Under the pieces are notes generated by a model. That model saw only the letters and a program-made list of their open reading frames with translations. It was not told the DNA's origin and made no database searches. Position numbers and translations under genes: made by a program. A DNA stretch of 64,000 bases from an uncultured Acidobacteriota bacterium (lineage in GTDB: Bacteria > Acidobacteriota > Thermoanaerobaculia > UBA5066 > DATFVB01): contig CAWEYG010000002.1 in the NCBI GenBank assembly GCA_963813155.1, forward strand, positions 768,001 to 832,000, in the 5' to 3' direction. Shown here piece after piece: positions 39,667 to 50,830 of the stretch. Every line of letters begins with the position of its first letter. The stretch's first letter is position 1.

Positions 39667-41823
39667 CTACTCCTTCTCCGGGTACAGCTCCTTGTACGAC
39701 TCGGAAAACAGCATCACGTGGCGGACGTACTCGCGCGTTTCGGCGGCCGGGAACGACTCGAGCCGCTCGTCGGAGGATTTCCCCGGAGCGGCGCGAACGA
39801 CGCCCCCGATCCGGCCGGGACCGGCGTTGTACGCGGCGACGGCCAGCAGCACGTCGTTCTGGAACAGATCGAGCAGCGATCGGAGATACGAGGCGCCGAG
39901 ACGGACGTTGACCGCGGGATCGTAGAGAAACGCGGTTCGAAAGCGCCGCTTGAGGACTCTTTTCGAGAGGAGGCGGGCGGTGCCGGGCATCAACTGCGTG
40001 AGTCCCGCCGCGCCGGCCTTCGACCGGGCCTTCGGGTTGAAGGCGCTCTCCTGCCGGACGATCGCGAGCAGGAGGTTGCGGTCGAGGCGGAATTCCCGCG
40101 CCGCGGAGTCGAGCATGCCGTTGCGGTCGATCGGGTAATACAGACGCCGCCATTGCTCCGGCACGTCTCCCTCGAGCGCCGTCCCGATCTCCGGGTATGC
40201 CAATTTCACGTCCGCCGTCGCCCGGCTGAAGTCCCCGAGCGCGAAAGTCGCGACGGCCCGGCGAAGCGTCTTCCCCCGGGAACTCTCGAGCCGGTCCACC
40301 TCCCACAAGGCGTCCGTGTAGAGCCGCTGCCGGAGAAGCTCGTCGGCCCGAACGAAGAGGGCCGACCTCTCGGGAGCGTCGACCGCCGCCGGAGACGCGC
40401 ACGGAGTTTTCCACTCGGCCGCAAAGCGCGCGTAGACGTCGGGAGGATCGGCGCACGCCAGGGAACGGCCGGCTTCCCGCGCCTCGGAGGGCCTGCCGAG
40501 GCGCTCGAGGCACCGGGCCTTCCAGTAGAGAAGGCGGCGGGCGGCGGAGATCTCCCGATAGATCGACTCCAGCTGTTCGACCTCGGGAAGAGCGCCCGCG
40601 TAGTCTCCCGCTTCGATCTTTTCCCACGTCGGCCGCCACAGGGCTTCGAAGCCCCAGGTCGCGGACGGGTTCGACGCGGTCATCCGCCTTGCGTCCTCGA
40701 CAGCCGCGTTCCTCTCCTGCGCGGCGACCCAGAGGCCGATCTCCGTCCGAAAGGCGCGATCGCGCGTGCTCTCCGGCGCGGCGGCGTCGGACGCGGCGTG
40801 AAATCCGAGCGCAAGGCTGCGCGCTTCCGCGGGCGAGAGATCCCGGACCGTGCGCTTCCGCCGACGTCCCCGGCCCGCGAGCGCCCGGCGAAACGCGTTC
40901 TCGGCGAGGACGAGCGCGGCCCCTTTCTCTTCGGCGGCCGGGCCCGGCTCGACGCGGCGGGCCTCCCGGTCGGACGCGTCCAGCCGGCCGAGGCGCGACA
41001 GCACCCGCGCCCGAACCAGGTGAAGCCGCCTCTTCTCGAGCGAAGAGATCTCCCTCGGGTCGACGTCTTCGGAGAACGACAGCGCGCCCGTCGACTCGCC
41101 CGCCTCGGCCAGCCGTTCGGTGAAATCGAGCTGGAGGGGATCGGAGAGCCGGGCAAGCTGGCGGCGGGCCTCTCGGATCAGCAGCTTCGGGATCTTGCGG
41201 TCGAAGATCGCCGAGGGACGATTCTCGAGGAGTCGGGACGCCGCTCTCGCGAGCGCATCGTCGTCTCCGAGATCTCCCGCCAGCGCGGCGCGGCCGACGA
41301 GCAGCGCCTCGGTCTGCGCCGGCTCCTGACCCGCGGATGCCAGCTCGAGGACGTCGAGCGCCTCGTGCTTTTCGGCGCGCGTGCGCGAAGACGCCGCGAA
41401 GGCCAGGGCGGCGTCCGCCTGCCGCGCCGAACGTGCCTGTCCCGAGCGAAGGAACGTGACCCGGGACTCCTTCGCCATCCCGGCCCGCGAGAGCGCGACC
41501 CCGAGAAAGTAGTCCCGGTACTCCTGAAGCCCGATCGGGCGCAGGTCCAGGCCGCCGAGCAGGTCCGCGGCGCGCCGGGCCGATCCCGTTTCCAGCTCTC
41601 GTCGCGCGAGGAGGAAATCGATCCGCGCCGACCATGCAGGGAGCGGAAATTTCGATCGGACGCCGGAGAAAGCGGCCGCCGCCGCGGCCGCATCGCCCCG
41701 GTCGAGGGCCTCCGCTCCTTTCGCGAACAGTTCCTCGGCGTCAGGCGAAGGCGGCGAGGAAAAATCCGCGGCGGCCACGCGCGCGACGATCAGGAGCGCA
41801 AGCGCGAAACCGCGGCGAGTCAA
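39667..41823 (-). CDS. Soluble lytic transglycosylase (Slt70-like, TPR + SLT)
   Basis: RQESAF, GLTQLMPGT, AAYNAGPG, ETREYV; signal peptide. Confidence 0.9.
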   Translation of the reverse strand: MTRRGFALALLIVARVAAADFSSPPSPDAEELFAKGAEALDRGDAAAAAAAFSGVRSKFPLPAWSARIDFLLARRELETGSARRAADLLGGLDLRPIGLQEYRDYFLGVALSRAGMAKESRVTFLRSGQARSARQADAALAFAASSRTRAEKHEALDVLELASAGQEPAQTEALLVGRAALAGDLGDDDALARAASRLLENRPSAIFDRKIPKLLIREARRQLARLSDPLQLDFTERLAEAGESTGALSFSEDVDPREISSLEKRRLHLVRARVLSRLGRLDASDREARRVEPGPAAEEKGAALVLAENAFRRALAGRGRRRKRTVRDLSPAEARSLALGFHAASDAAAPESTRDRAFRTEIGLWVAAQERNAAVEDARRMTASNPSATWGFEALWRPTWEKIEAGDYAGALPEVEQLESIYREISAARRLLYWKARCLERLGRPSEAREAGRSLACADPPDVYARFAAEWKTPCASPAAVDAPERSALFVRADELLRQRLYTDALWEVDRLESSRGKTLRRAVATFALGDFSRATADVKLAYPEIGTALEGDVPEQWRRLYYPIDRNGMLDSAAREFRLDRNLLLAIVRQESAFNPKARSKAGAAGLTQLMPGTARLLSKRVLKRRFRTAFLYDPAVNVRLGASYLRSLLDLFQNDVLLAVAAYNAGPGRIGGVVRAAPGKSSDERLESFPAAETREYVRHVMLFSESYKELYPEKE

Positions 41824-41827
41824 GAAG

Positions 41828-43039
41828 TCAGGAGCCGAAGGCCTGGGGACTTCCGTCGGCGAGCGAACGGATCAGTTCGTCGAAGAAGTAGTTCGTCGAC
41901 TTCCGCACCGACTCGGGCACCCTCTCCTCGTACGTCTGGCGGGCGCGATCGATGTCGTCCTTGAGCCGGGAATAGATGTCGTTGTGCTTCTTCCCCTCCT
42001 CGATGGCCGCCTCGTTGTACAGGCGGATGTCGGAGACGAGAAGGCGGGCGATCTTCTTCGCGCTTTCGTGCGGGTCCTCTTCGCCCGTCGAGAGTCCCCG
42101 CAGGATTCCCGCGCCGCCCGGAGCGATCCCGGAAGGGGGCTTGTAGGCGCGGCCCGTGCTCTCGAGGTCCATGGGCTTCGGCGCTCCGCGCGTCTCCGCC
42201 GGCGGCGCTTCCGCCGGAGCGGGACGCGGCGCAGGGCGCGGCGGCTCGGGGGCGGGCTCGTAGGCCGGCTCGTAGGCCGGCGGCTCGGCGGGAAGCTCGA
42301 GCTCCCGCGCGGGAGCGCCCCCTTCCCATCGCCGGATCGGCAGCAGCGAGGGCGCGGGCTGGATCTTTCGCGCTCCGAGCCGATCCACCGCGATCCCGAT
42401 CAGGTACGAAAAAAGCGCGAGCGCCTCCGGGTCGAACGGCGAATCCTTCCGAAGGCGGTCGACATAGAGCAGGGCCGAGATCTTTTCCCGCACGACGATC
42501 GGAACGAGCAACGATTCGAGCGGCTCGCCGACGGACAGCAGGGCCGACACCGGCGAGCCTCCCGGAAGAGCGATGGGCTCGCCCTGCATGGCCGCCGCGA
42601 GCGCGGGATGGGCGGACGGAGAAACGTTGATCGTGCGCAGGGATGCCTCGTCGGCGTTTGAAAACCCTTCGGACTTCCAGACCGCCAGCGAATCGCCCCG
42701 CGAGACGAGCAGGACCGCTCGCTCCGCGCGCCGCGTGCAGGCCGTCAGGAAAGCTTTCAGCGCGTCGACCTGGGTCGTCGCCGCGTCGATCGCCCTCGCG
42801 AACTCCCGCAGGTCGGCGAGGTCGCCCGCCCCGGCGGCGGAAACGGCGGCCGGCTCGGGAATGAGGTCGGCCGGAACGAGCTCGGGCAGCGGAAAATCGA
42901 GCCGCATCAGGAATTCCTCCCATTTGCGGTGGCTCTCGATCCTCATCCGCTCGAATTCCTCGCGAAGCTGGTCGAAGTGCTCCTCGAGACGGCGTTTGAC
43001 TTCCTTCTCGATCTGCTTTCGAGTCTCTTCGGAGGACAT
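41828..43039 (-). CDS. GAF-like domain protein with Pro-rich linker and conserved helical C-terminal domain
   Basis: LLVPIVVREKISALLYVD (GAF-like); C-terminal AKKIARLLVSDIRLYN...YFFDELIRSLA. Confidence 0.75.
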   Translation of the reverse strand: MSSEETRKQIEKEVKRRLEEHFDQLREEFERMRIESHRKWEEFLMRLDFPLPELVPADLIPEPAAVSAAGAGDLADLREFARAIDAATTQVDALKAFLTACTRRAERAVLLVSRGDSLAVWKSEGFSNADEASLRTINVSPSAHPALAAAMQGEPIALPGGSPVSALLSVGEPLESLLVPIVVREKISALLYVDRLRKDSPFDPEALALFSYLIGIAVDRLGARKIQPAPSLLPIRRWEGGAPARELELPAEPPAYEPAYEPAPEPPRPAPRPAPAEAPPAETRGAPKPMDLESTGRAYKPPSGIAPGGAGILRGLSTGEEDPHESAKKIARLLVSDIRLYNEAAIEEGKKHNDIYSRLKDDIDRARQTYEERVPESVRKSTNYFFDELIRSLADGSPQAFGS

Positions 43040-43110
43040 GCCGAGATTATCCGGGTCCGTTTCCTTTTTGTCAAGAAACATAATCCCGACAATGACTTAC
43101 GAACGAGAAT

Positions 43111-43139
43111 TTGACGGAGGGCGGGACGTGCCCTATTAT
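43111..43139 (+). promoter_or_regulatory. sigma70 promoter of the rpsU operon
   Basis: TTGACG-17 bp-TATTAT. Confidence 0.7.
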
Positions 43140-43185
43140 TGAGGGTCCCGCGGGGCGGGAATCTGAGACGAAGGGGGTGATCCGC

Positions 43186-43392
43186 ATGCCTGTCATCCAC
43201 ATCAAGGAAGACGAGTCTTTCGAGAACGCGCTTCGTCGCTTCAAGCGCAAGTGCGAGAAGTCGGGCATCCTCTCCGAGCTCAAGAAACGCCAGCACTACG
43301 AAAAACCGTCCGCGAAACGCAAGCGGAAGGCCATTGCCGCCCGCAAGAAGATGCTGCGAAAGCTCTCGGAGGAACGCCGCGCCGGCGTCTGA
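43186..43392 (+). CDS. rpsU: 30S ribosomal protein S21
   Basis: [33 protein letters not shown]. Confidence 0.96.
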   Translation: MPVIHIKEDESFENALRRFKRKCEKSGILSELKKRQHYEKPSAKRKRKAIAARKKMLRKLSEERRAGV

Positions 43393-43414
43393 TCCCCTCG
43401 ATTTCTCGGCCGTT

Positions 43415-45751
43415 GTGAATCTGGCCGCGTCCTTCGCTCAAACCCCGACGGGTCGTGAGAAGGTGCGCGGCCTTTTTCCTTTTCTCGAGCCTGAACCGGT
43501 CGCCGAAGCGCTCGGCGAAACCGCCGAGGCCGGAGTGCTTCTCGCGAAATCGGGCCGCCTGCCGCTGAGGGGAGTCGAAGACCCGGACCCGCCGCTGGAG
43601 CGCCTCGCGGAGGCGGGAGGGCTCGGCTTCGACGAAGAATTGCGGCCGCTCATCGCGGTGGCCCGCGCCGCGGACAAGACCCGCGCGCTGCTTTCCGAAG
43701 CGCAGGACCTTCCCCTTCTCTCGCGGCACCTCGAGGCCCTTCCGGATCTGTCGGAAATCGCCCGGCGCGCCGCCCGCCTCTTCGAGCCCGACGGAACCCT
43801 CTCCGACGGCGCGTCTCCGAAACTCGGCGAGCTGCGGAGCAAGCTTCGACGCCAGCGGCAGCGGCTCTACGACTCGGCCCGCGGGTGGCTCGAGAGAAAC
43901 GGATCGGCCGAAGACACCGTCGTCCTGCGCGACGGGCGATACTGCGTGCCCGTCGCGGCCGGCTCCGCTCCGAGGGTCGCGGGGATCGTCCACGACCGGT
44001 CCGGCTCCGGGCAGACGATCTTCCTCGAGCCGACGGAGCTCACCGAAGGGAACAACGAGCTGTCGCTGCTCGCTTCCGATCTGCGGCGCGAGGAGGAGAG
44101 AATCCGGCGCGATTTCGGAAACGAGATCCTCGCCCGGCAAGACGCGATTCGCGATTCTGCCGAGATCCTTTCGCACCTCGACTCGGTCGAGTCGCGCGCG
44201 ATCTTTTCCAGGGAGACCGACGCGGTGCTCCCGGAATTTTCTTCCGACGGCCGATGGGAGCTCTCCGGCGCGCGCCATCCCCTGCTCGACGCGCGGCTGG
44301 CAGCGGCCCGGGAGGCCGTCTTCGGCGAGCGCAGGCGCGAACGCGACGTCGTTCCGCTCGAGGTGGACCTTTCGGGAGACAAGCAGTGGCTCCTCCTCTC
44401 CGGCCCGAACGCGGGAGGCAAGACGGTCGTCCTGAAGACGCTCGGTCTCTTCTCGAAAATGGCGCAGTCCGGGTTGCCGCTTCCGGCCCGCCGGGCCGTG
44501 CTGCCGGTCTTTCGCAGCTTCGCCTGCCTCGTCGGCGACGAGCAGGCGATCTCCTCGGACCTTTCGACGTTCTCGTCCGCGATGAGCCGCCTGGCGGAAA
44601 TCGTCCGCTCGGCCGGGCCCGGCACGCTCGCCCTCCTGGACGAGCTCGGAGGGGGCACGGACCCGGAGGAAGGCGGCGCGATCGCGATCGCGGCGCTCGA
44701 GACGCTTCTGGCCCGGGGAGCGCGCGTCGTCGTCACGACCCACCAGGCCTCCGTGAAGGAGTTCGCGGTCTCGCGCGGCGATGCGCAGGTCTCGGCCCTC
44801 GAATTCGACGAGGACACCGGCCGACCGACCTACCGGCTTCGTCCGGGTTTTCTCGGCCGCAGCCGCGCGCTCGCGACCGCGCGGGAGCAGGGACTGCCGG
44901 AAGAAACGATCGCGCGCGCGACGGCAATCCTCGGCTCCGCGTGGGTGCGCCGGGAAAGGCTCGAGACGGAAGCCGAAGAGGCGCTCGCCCGCGTGCGGGC
45001 GCAGGAGCGCGAGCTCGCCGAGACGCTCGAGCAGAATCGTTCCCTCGAAAGGCGGCTGCAGGAACAGTCCGCCGATCTCGCGACGCGAAGAAGAGAGGTC
45101 CTGGCCCGGGGGAAGGACGCGCTCGACCGCGCCCGGCTGGAGTTTCGCAACGCGGCGGCGGAAGCCCTCGCGAAAATTCAGGACGAGAAAATGACGGCCG
45201 CGAAGGCCTCGGCCGTGCTCGCGGAGCTCGAGGAGCGCCGGAGGCAGGATCCCCTCCTCCAGGAGGCCGAGAGAGAAGCCGAGGAAGAATCGCGCGCGCT
45301 TCGTCCGGGCGACGCGGTCCGGCTGCGCGGCGGTAGCGCCCCGGCGGAGATCGAGGAAATCGAGGGGTCGCGGGCGAGGATTCTCGCGAAGGGAAAACGT
45401 CTCTCCGTTCCGCTCTCGGACCTCGTCGCGGCGGGAAAGCCCTCCGGCGCCGAGCGCGCCCGCTCGGGGCGTTCGGAGAGGGGCGGACCGGCGGCCGAGA
45501 CGCCGTCGTCGCCCCGGGAAATCCTCGTCATCGGCAGGACGGTCGAAGAGGCGATTGAGGAAGTCGACCGAGCGATCGACCGGAGCCTCTCCGCGGGAGC
45601 CGATTCGCTCCGGGTCGTCCACGGACACGGAACCGGCAGGCTTCGAAACGGGTTGCGCGAATACTTCCGGACGCATTCCGCTGTCGCCTCGTTCCGGAAG
45701 GCGGACCCCGCCGAAGGCGGCGACGGCGCGACGGTGGTCACGCTGAAATGA
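43415..45751 (+). CDS. mutS2: MutS2 ATPase with Smr domain (start uncertain)
   Basis: GIVHDRSGSGQTIFLEP, GPNAGGKT, DLSTFSS, LLDELGGGTDPEEG, HGHGTGRLR, EGGDGATVV. Confidence 0.92.
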   Translation: MNLAASFAQTPTGREKVRGLFPFLEPEPVAEALGETAEAGVLLAKSGRLPLRGVEDPDPPLERLAEAGGLGFDEELRPLIAVARAADKTRALLSEAQDLPLLSRHLEALPDLSEIARRAARLFEPDGTLSDGASPKLGELRSKLRRQRQRLYDSARGWLERNGSAEDTVVLRDGRYCVPVAAGSAPRVAGIVHDRSGSGQTIFLEPTELTEGNNELSLLASDLRREEERIRRDFGNEILARQDAIRDSAEILSHLDSVESRAIFSRETDAVLPEFSSDGRWELSGARHPLLDARLAAAREAVFGERRRERDVVPLEVDLSGDKQWLLLSGPNAGGKTVVLKTLGLFSKMAQSGLPLPARRAVLPVFRSFACLVGDEQAISSDLSTFSSAMSRLAEIVRSAGPGTLALLDELGGGTDPEEGGAIAIAALETLLARGARVVVTTHQASVKEFAVSRGDAQVSALEFDEDTGRPTYRLRPGFLGRSRALATAREQGLPEETIARATAILGSAWVRRERLETEAEEALARVRAQERELAETLEQNRSLERRLQEQSADLATRRREVLARGKDALDRARLEFRNAAAEALAKIQDEKMTAAKASAVLAELEERRRQDPLLQEAEREAEEESRALRPGDAVRLRGGSAPAEIEEIEGSRARILAKGKRLSVPLSDLVAAGKPSGAERARSGRSERGGPAAETPSSPREILVIGRTVEEAIEEVDRAIDRSLSAGADSLRVVHGHGTGRLRNGLREYFRTHSAVASFRKADPAEGGDGATVVTLK

Positions 45752-45767
45752 GGAGAGACCTTCCCCG

Positions 45768-47555
45768 ATGAGCGAGTTTCTCGATTTCAACGACCGGGTC
45801 CTGGCGGACATCCGCGCCGCTGCGGACATCGTGGACGTCATCGGCGAGCACACGACGCTCAAGAAGGCGGGAAATTCCTGGAAGGGGCTTTGCCCTTTTC
45901 ACCGGGAGAAGACGCCGTCGTTCACGGTCAACCGCGACCGGGGGCTCTTCTACTGTTTCGGATGCGGAGCGGGCGGGGATCTCTTCGGCTTCGTCCGGCA
46001 GATCGAGCGCGCGACCTTCCGCGAAGCGGCGGAGATGCTCGCGCGCCGATACGGCGTCGAGGTCCCGAAACGGGCGAAGGGCGAAGGAGAAGATCGGCGC
46101 GAAAGACTCCTCTCGGCCGTCGCCTCGGCTCACCGCGCCTACAGCGAGAATCTCCAGGCCGCGCCCAACCGGGCGACCGAATATCTCCAGGAGCGGGCCG
46201 TGCCGGAGGAAACCGCGCGCGAGCTCGAGCTCGGATTCGCGCCCGATTCGTGGGATTTCCTCTCGCGCCTCGCCCAGCCGCCCGAAGTCCTGATCGAAGC
46301 GGGAGTTCTGCAGCCGGGCGCTCCCGGAAAGCGGCCGTACGATCGCTTTCGCAATCGCCTCCTCTTTCCGATCCGCGACGAACGGGGCCGGGTCGTGGGC
46401 TTCGGGGGACGCTCCCTTTCGGGAGAGGAGCCGAAATATCTGAATTCCCCGGACAGTCCGGTGTTCGCGAAAAACCGGCTTCTCTACGGGATTCCCGCGG
46501 CGCGCGAAGGAATGCGGCGAACCGACCGCGCCGTGCTCGTGGAGGGATACTTCGACCACCTCGGCATGCTCCTCTCGGGGGTCCCGGAAACGGTCGCCAG
46601 CATGGGAACCTCTCTCGCCCGCCCCCAGGCGGAAAAGCTTCGAAAGTGGGTTTCGCGGACGATCCTCTGCTACGACGGGGATTCTGCCGGCCGAACAGCC
46701 ACCCGGCGGGCGATTCCCCTTCTGCTGGCCGAAGGGCTCGAAGTCCGGGTGGCGGCGATGCCCGCCGGCTCCGACCCGTTCGACCATTTTCGCGAATCGG
46801 GGGGCGAGGCGGTCCGGTCGGCCGTCGACAACGCAGCCCCTTTTCTCGACTGGCTGCTCGAAAGCGAGCTCTCGGCCGCGGCCTCGCCGAAGGAGAAGGG
46901 CGACCGGGTCAACGCGATCCTGGAGGTCCTCGAGAGCATCCCGGACCGCGTCATCCGCTACGAATACGTTCGGCGGCTCGCCGAAGCGGCCTCGATGCCG
47001 GTCGACCTGCTCTGGAAGGCCCCCCGGGCGGGCACCCGGTCGGCGGAATCGGAGGGAACGAATTCAGCCGAAGAATCGTTGAAGAGAGTGCGCGCCCCGG
47101 AGGGGGAACGGCGGCTCCTGCGCTGTCTCGTCAACGCCCGGCCGGGCAGCGAGGAAGCGGCGGGACAGGCGATCGACGAGCTCGATGCCGAGGTTTTCAC
47201 CGATCCCGACTGCCGGGCGCTGTTTCTGGCACTCCGGAAGGCGCGGGAAGGGGGCGGACCCATCGATTTCTCCCGGCTGCGAGATATGCTTACCGAGGAG
47301 CGGGAATTCGTGTTATTCTCCGAGGTTTCATTGGACGAATCTCCGGAGGGCGTCCAGGACCATATCGAGCCCATTTTGAATGCGTTGCAGCGACGGCACC
47401 TCGAACGGCAGGCGGAGACTCTGCAGCGGGCGATCGAGGCGGCGGGAAATACGGGAAAACAGGAAGAAATCGACGAACTCTTGCGTTCAAAGACTGCCCT
47501 GAGCGAGAAGATCAAAGTTCTGGCCCGCGCGGGCGCACGGAGGAAGACTTGTTGA
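45768..47555 (+). CDS. dnaG: DNA primase
   Basis: [11 protein letters not shown]...CFGC, DRFRNRL, KYLNSP, EGYFD, YDGDSAG. Confidence 0.96.
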   Translation: MSEFLDFNDRVLADIRAAADIVDVIGEHTTLKKAGNSWKGLCPFHREKTPSFTVNRDRGLFYCFGCGAGGDLFGFVRQIERATFREAAEMLARRYGVEVPKRAKGEGEDRRERLLSAVASAHRAYSENLQAAPNRATEYLQERAVPEETARELELGFAPDSWDFLSRLAQPPEVLIEAGVLQPGAPGKRPYDRFRNRLLFPIRDERGRVVGFGGRSLSGEEPKYLNSPDSPVFAKNRLLYGIPAAREGMRRTDRAVLVEGYFDHLGMLLSGVPETVASMGTSLARPQAEKLRKWVSRTILCYDGDSAGRTATRRAIPLLLAEGLEVRVAAMPAGSDPFDHFRESGGEAVRSAVDNAAPFLDWLLESELSAAASPKEKGDRVNAILEVLESIPDRVIRYEYVRRLAEAASMPVDLLWKAPRAGTRSAESEGTNSAEESLKRVRAPEGERRLLRCLVNARPGSEEAAGQAIDELDAEVFTDPDCRALFLALRKAREGGGPIDFSRLRDMLTEEREFVLFSEVSLDESPEGVQDHIEPILNALQRRHLERQAETLQRAIEAAGNTGKQEEIDELLRSKTALSEKIKVLARAGARRKTC

Positions 47556-49216
47556 TGATCGAGGAAAAATACCCGGAGGTCCGGTCCCTGTTCGCGCAGG
47601 GGAAGGGTAAGGGCTACCTGAGCTACGAGCAGATCCACCAGGCCCTTCCCGACGAGCTCGCGACCGCTCCGGACGAGCTCGACGAGGTGTACATCCGCCT
47701 CGGGGACCTCGGCATCGAAGTCATCACGGACACCGACAAGGCGGGCCGGCGCAAGGCGGCGTCGTCCGGCGACGGGGAAGAAGTCGTCGAGCCGGTCGAA
47801 AAGACCAACGACCCGGTTCGCATGTACCTGCGCGAGATGGGCACCGTCAAACTCCTCGACCGGGAGGGCGAAGTCCAGATCGCCCGGCGCATCGAGGTGG
47901 GCGAGTCGAAGATCTACCGCGCCCTGTCGAACAACCTCAAGATCCTCGAAGAGATCCTGAAAATCGCCGAGAGCATGGCGGCTCGAAGCACGGTGACCGA
48001 CGAGGAAGACGATTTCGAAGCGGAGGATACCGCCCAGGAGGGGCGCCTCTCGCGCCGCGTGGACGAAATCGTCGCCGCGTTCCGGAAGATCGGCGGCATC
48101 GACTCGGACCTGAAGCGCTTCGCGGTCAAGGGGAAGTCCGTCAAAAAGGGCAGCAAGATGGAGGCGAAGCTCTCCGGCTCGACCGACAAGAAGGTCGCCG
48201 AGATCGCCAAGCACGTCCGCTCGATCGACTTCACGCCGATCATCCTCATGCGGCTGCTCAACATCCTGCGCGATGTCGATCGCCAGCTCTCCGTCCCGGA
48301 GCAGATGGTCCGCCAGGATTCGACGATCCTGAAAAAAGAAAAGAACGCGACCCGCCGGGAGTTCTACCAGCGGCGGATCTCGAAATACCGCAAGAACCTC
48401 CGCGAGCTCGAAAAGAAGTTCGGCCTGACCCACGAAGAAGTCCGACGAACGCTGCGCGCCGTGCGCGAGGGCGAAGAAGAGGCGGACCAGGCCAAGCACG
48501 AGCTGATCGTCGCGAACCTTCGTCTCGTCGTCTCGATCGCGAAGAAGTACACGAACCGCGGACTTCAGTTCCTCGACCTGATCCAGGAGGGGAATATCGG
48601 CCTCATGAAGGCGGTCGAGAAATTCGAATACCGGCGCGGCTACAAGTTCTCGACGTACGCGACGTGGTGGATCCGTCAGGCCATCACGCGCGCGATCGCC
48701 GACCAGGCGCGGACGATCCGGATCCCCGTCCACATGATCGAGACGATCAACAAGCTGACCCGGACCTCCCGTTCGCTCGTCCAGGAGCTCGGACGCGAGC
48801 CGGAAGCCGAGGAAATCGCGAAGCGCATGGACATGCCGGTCGGCAAGGTCCGAAAGATCATGAAGATCGCGCAGGAGCCGATTTCGCTCGAGACGCCGAT
48901 CGGCGAAGAGGAAGATTCCCATCTGGGAGATTTCATCGAGGACCGCATGGCGATCTCTCCGATCGAAGCGGTTCTCGTCTCCAACCTCCGCGACCAGACG
49001 CGCAAGGTCCTGAAGTCCCTCACTCCGCGCGAGGAGCAGGTCCTCAAGATGCGGTTCGGCGTGGGCGACGGTTCCGAGCACACGCTCGAAGAAGTGGGCC
49101 GCTCGTTCAACGTGACGCGGGAGCGGATCCGCCAGATCGAGTCGAAGGCGCTGCGCAAGCTTCGCCACCCGTCGCGGTCGAAAAAGCTCCGCCCGTTCCT
49201 CGAAACGATCCGCTGA
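47555..49216 (+). CDS. rpoD: RNA polymerase sigma factor RpoD
   Basis: [58 protein letters not shown]. Confidence 0.97.
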   Translation: MIEEKYPEVRSLFAQGKGKGYLSYEQIHQALPDELATAPDELDEVYIRLGDLGIEVITDTDKAGRRKAASSGDGEEVVEPVEKTNDPVRMYLREMGTVKLLDREGEVQIARRIEVGESKIYRALSNNLKILEEILKIAESMAARSTVTDEEDDFEAEDTAQEGRLSRRVDEIVAAFRKIGGIDSDLKRFAVKGKSVKKGSKMEAKLSGSTDKKVAEIAKHVRSIDFTPIILMRLLNILRDVDRQLSVPEQMVRQDSTILKKEKNATRREFYQRRISKYRKNLRELEKKFGLTHEEVRRTLRAVREGEEEADQAKHELIVANLRLVVSIAKKYTNRGLQFLDLIQEGNIGLMKAVEKFEYRRGYKFSTYATWWIRQAITRAIADQARTIRIPVHMIETINKLTRTSRSLVQELGREPEAEEIAKRMDMPVGKVRKIMKIAQEPISLETPIGEEEDSHLGDFIEDRMAISPIEAVLVSNLRDQTRKVLKSLTPREEQVLKMRFGVGDGSEHTLEEVGRSFNVTRERIRQIESKALRKLRHPSRSKKLRPFLETIR

Positions 49217-49302
49217 GAATCGCTCCGGCGGGGCGAAATCGACGCGAAGCCTCGCGCGGCGGCTGTGCTAGAATTTCGCAAATTTTCGATCGGAGGCGCG
49301 CC

Positions 49303-50559
49303 GTAGTTCCTCGCCTGACCCTAGCCTTTCTCCTTTTTGGCGCCTCTTTCGCGCGCGGCCAGGAGCAGCTCGCAACGACCACGGCCGACCACTGGACGAG
49401 CACGTCCACGACCGGCGCGCCGGCGGGCCGCTTCAACCACACGGCCGTGTGGACGGGCGACCGGATGATCGTCTGGGGCGGCGATTCCGGAGATCTCACT
49501 CCGCTCGGCTCGGGCGGCATCTACGATCCCGCCGCCAATTCCTGGTCGGCAGTCAGCACGGTCGGCGCTCCGTCCCCTCGCGAATTGGCGGCCGCCGTGT
49601 GGACCGGCGACGAAATGCTCGTCTGGGGAGGAGCGCACTACACCCCCGGGCTCATCAACAGCACGGTCCTGAACGACGGCGCGAGTTACGATCCCGTCCG
49701 CAACGCGTGGACTCCCCTGCCGTCCGCCGGAGCTCCGGTCGCGCGAAATTTCCACACGGCCGTCTGGACCGGCACGGAGATGATCGTCTGGGGCGGCTAT
49801 TCCAGCGCGATCAGCCCGACGAATCCGCTGAATTTCAAGGCCGTGAACACGGGGGCCATCTACGACCCCCTCACGCGGACGTGGAAGACCATGTCGACCG
49901 TCAACGCTCCCTCGCCCCGCGGGCTGCACAGTGCCGTCTGGACGGGCTCCCGGATGATCGTCTGGGGAGGCGACGACGGCCACGACAGCGATATCGGGGG
50001 CGGCGGCCTCTACGACCCGGTCACCGACACCTGGACGCCGATTTCCACGGCCGGGCAACCCTCCGGCCGGGACGATCACACGGCCGTGTGGACCGGCTCG
50101 CGCATGATCGTCTGGGGCGGCTACGCGAACACGAACGAGACGAACACCGGGGGCGTGTTTGATCCGTCGACCAATTCCTGGAAACCGACGTCGACGACGG
50201 CAGCACCCTCGGCCCGCGAGCTGCACACTGCCGTCTGGACCGGCTCGCGCATGGTCGTCTGGGGCGGCTGGACGGGGCAGGCCGACGCCAACAGCGGCGG
50301 GGTCTACAGCCCCGGCGCGGATTCCTGGTCGGCGACGACGACGTCCGGCGCGCCGTCCGGGCGCGAGCAGGCAAGCGCGGTCTGGACGGGCGCGCGCATG
50401 ATCGTCTGGGCAGGCTACGACGGCCACGCGGACGTCAACAGCGGAGGCGTCTACTCTCTGGCATCCATCCCGTGTCCTCCCGGCGCTCACCGCGGCTGCA
50501 TCGCCCCCGTGACGAATCCGTCGCCGGCCCCGATTCCCCGGAACCACGCGACGAGGTAG
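49303..50559 (+). CDS. Secreted Kelch-repeat (6-blade) protein; no canonical start codon
   Basis: Six HTAVWTG.RMIVWGG-type repeats; signal-like [17 protein letters not shown]; GGAGG SD followed by in-frame GTA. Confidence 0.8.
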   Translation, partial: VVPRLTLAFLLFGASFARGQEQLATTTADHWTSTSTTGAPAGRFNHTAVWTGDRMIVWGGDSGDLTPLGSGGIYDPAANSWSAVSTVGAPSPRELAAAVWTGDEMLVWGGAHYTPGLINSTVLNDGASYDPVRNAWTPLPSAGAPVARNFHTAVWTGTEMIVWGGYSSAISPTNPLNFKAVNTGAIYDPLTRTWKTMSTVNAPSPRGLHSAVWTGSRMIVWGGDDGHDSDIGGGGLYDPVTDTWTPISTAGQPSGRDDHTAVWTGSRMIVWGGYANTNETNTGGVFDPSTNSWKPTSTTAAPSARELHTAVWTGSRMVVWGGWTGQADANSGGVYSPGADSWSATTTSGAPSGREQASAVWTGARMIVWAGYDGHADVNSGGVYSLASIPCPPGAHRGCIAPVTNPSPAPIPRNHATR

Positions 50560-50609
50560 CCGATCTCGACCTCTGTGATATATTTTCCGACTTGGGCTAG
50601 GATTCCTTC

Positions 50610-50683
50610 GGGTCCATAGCTCAGCGGTCCAGAGCCACCGGCTCATAACCGGCCAGACCCCGGTTCGAATCCGGGTGGACCCA
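50610..50683 (+). tRNA. tRNA with CAT anticodon, probably tRNA-Ile2 (lysidine)
   Basis: GGGTCCA/TGGACCC acceptor, CCGG-CTCATAA-CCGG arm, GGTTCGAATCC; no initiator GGG/CCC stem; CCA not encoded. Confidence 0.9.
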
Positions 50684-50767
50684 GAGTCGGGCGCTTCGAA
50701 AAGGGGACTCGTTGACGGAAACGGGAAATCACAACAGGGCCGAATCGGCCGCAAAACGCAAGCAAAC

Positions 50768-50799
50768 GGGGCGACCCTCGAACGGGACGCCCCTTTTTT
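50768..50799 (+). terminator. Intrinsic terminator after tRNA
   Basis: GGGGCGACCC...GGGACGCCCC followed by T6. Confidence 0.75.
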
Positions 50800-50830
50800 A
50801 TGTCCAGACGGAGAAGGCGTGACGGGTGAA

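Noticed and set aside
42240-42290. PAYE/PAYE/PAPE 12-bp repeats
   Set aside because: This is an ordinary low-complexity Pro-rich linker expansion.
49430-50420. Regular DNA repeats as a CRISPR-like array
   Set aside because: They are in-frame Kelch blade repeats with synonymous variation, and no cas genes are present.
50684-50822. Possible riboswitch or 36-aa leader peptide (TTG 50712) upstream of the Zn-ribbon gene
   Set aside because: I recognised no aptamer consensus, and the hairpin is adequately explained as the tRNA terminator.
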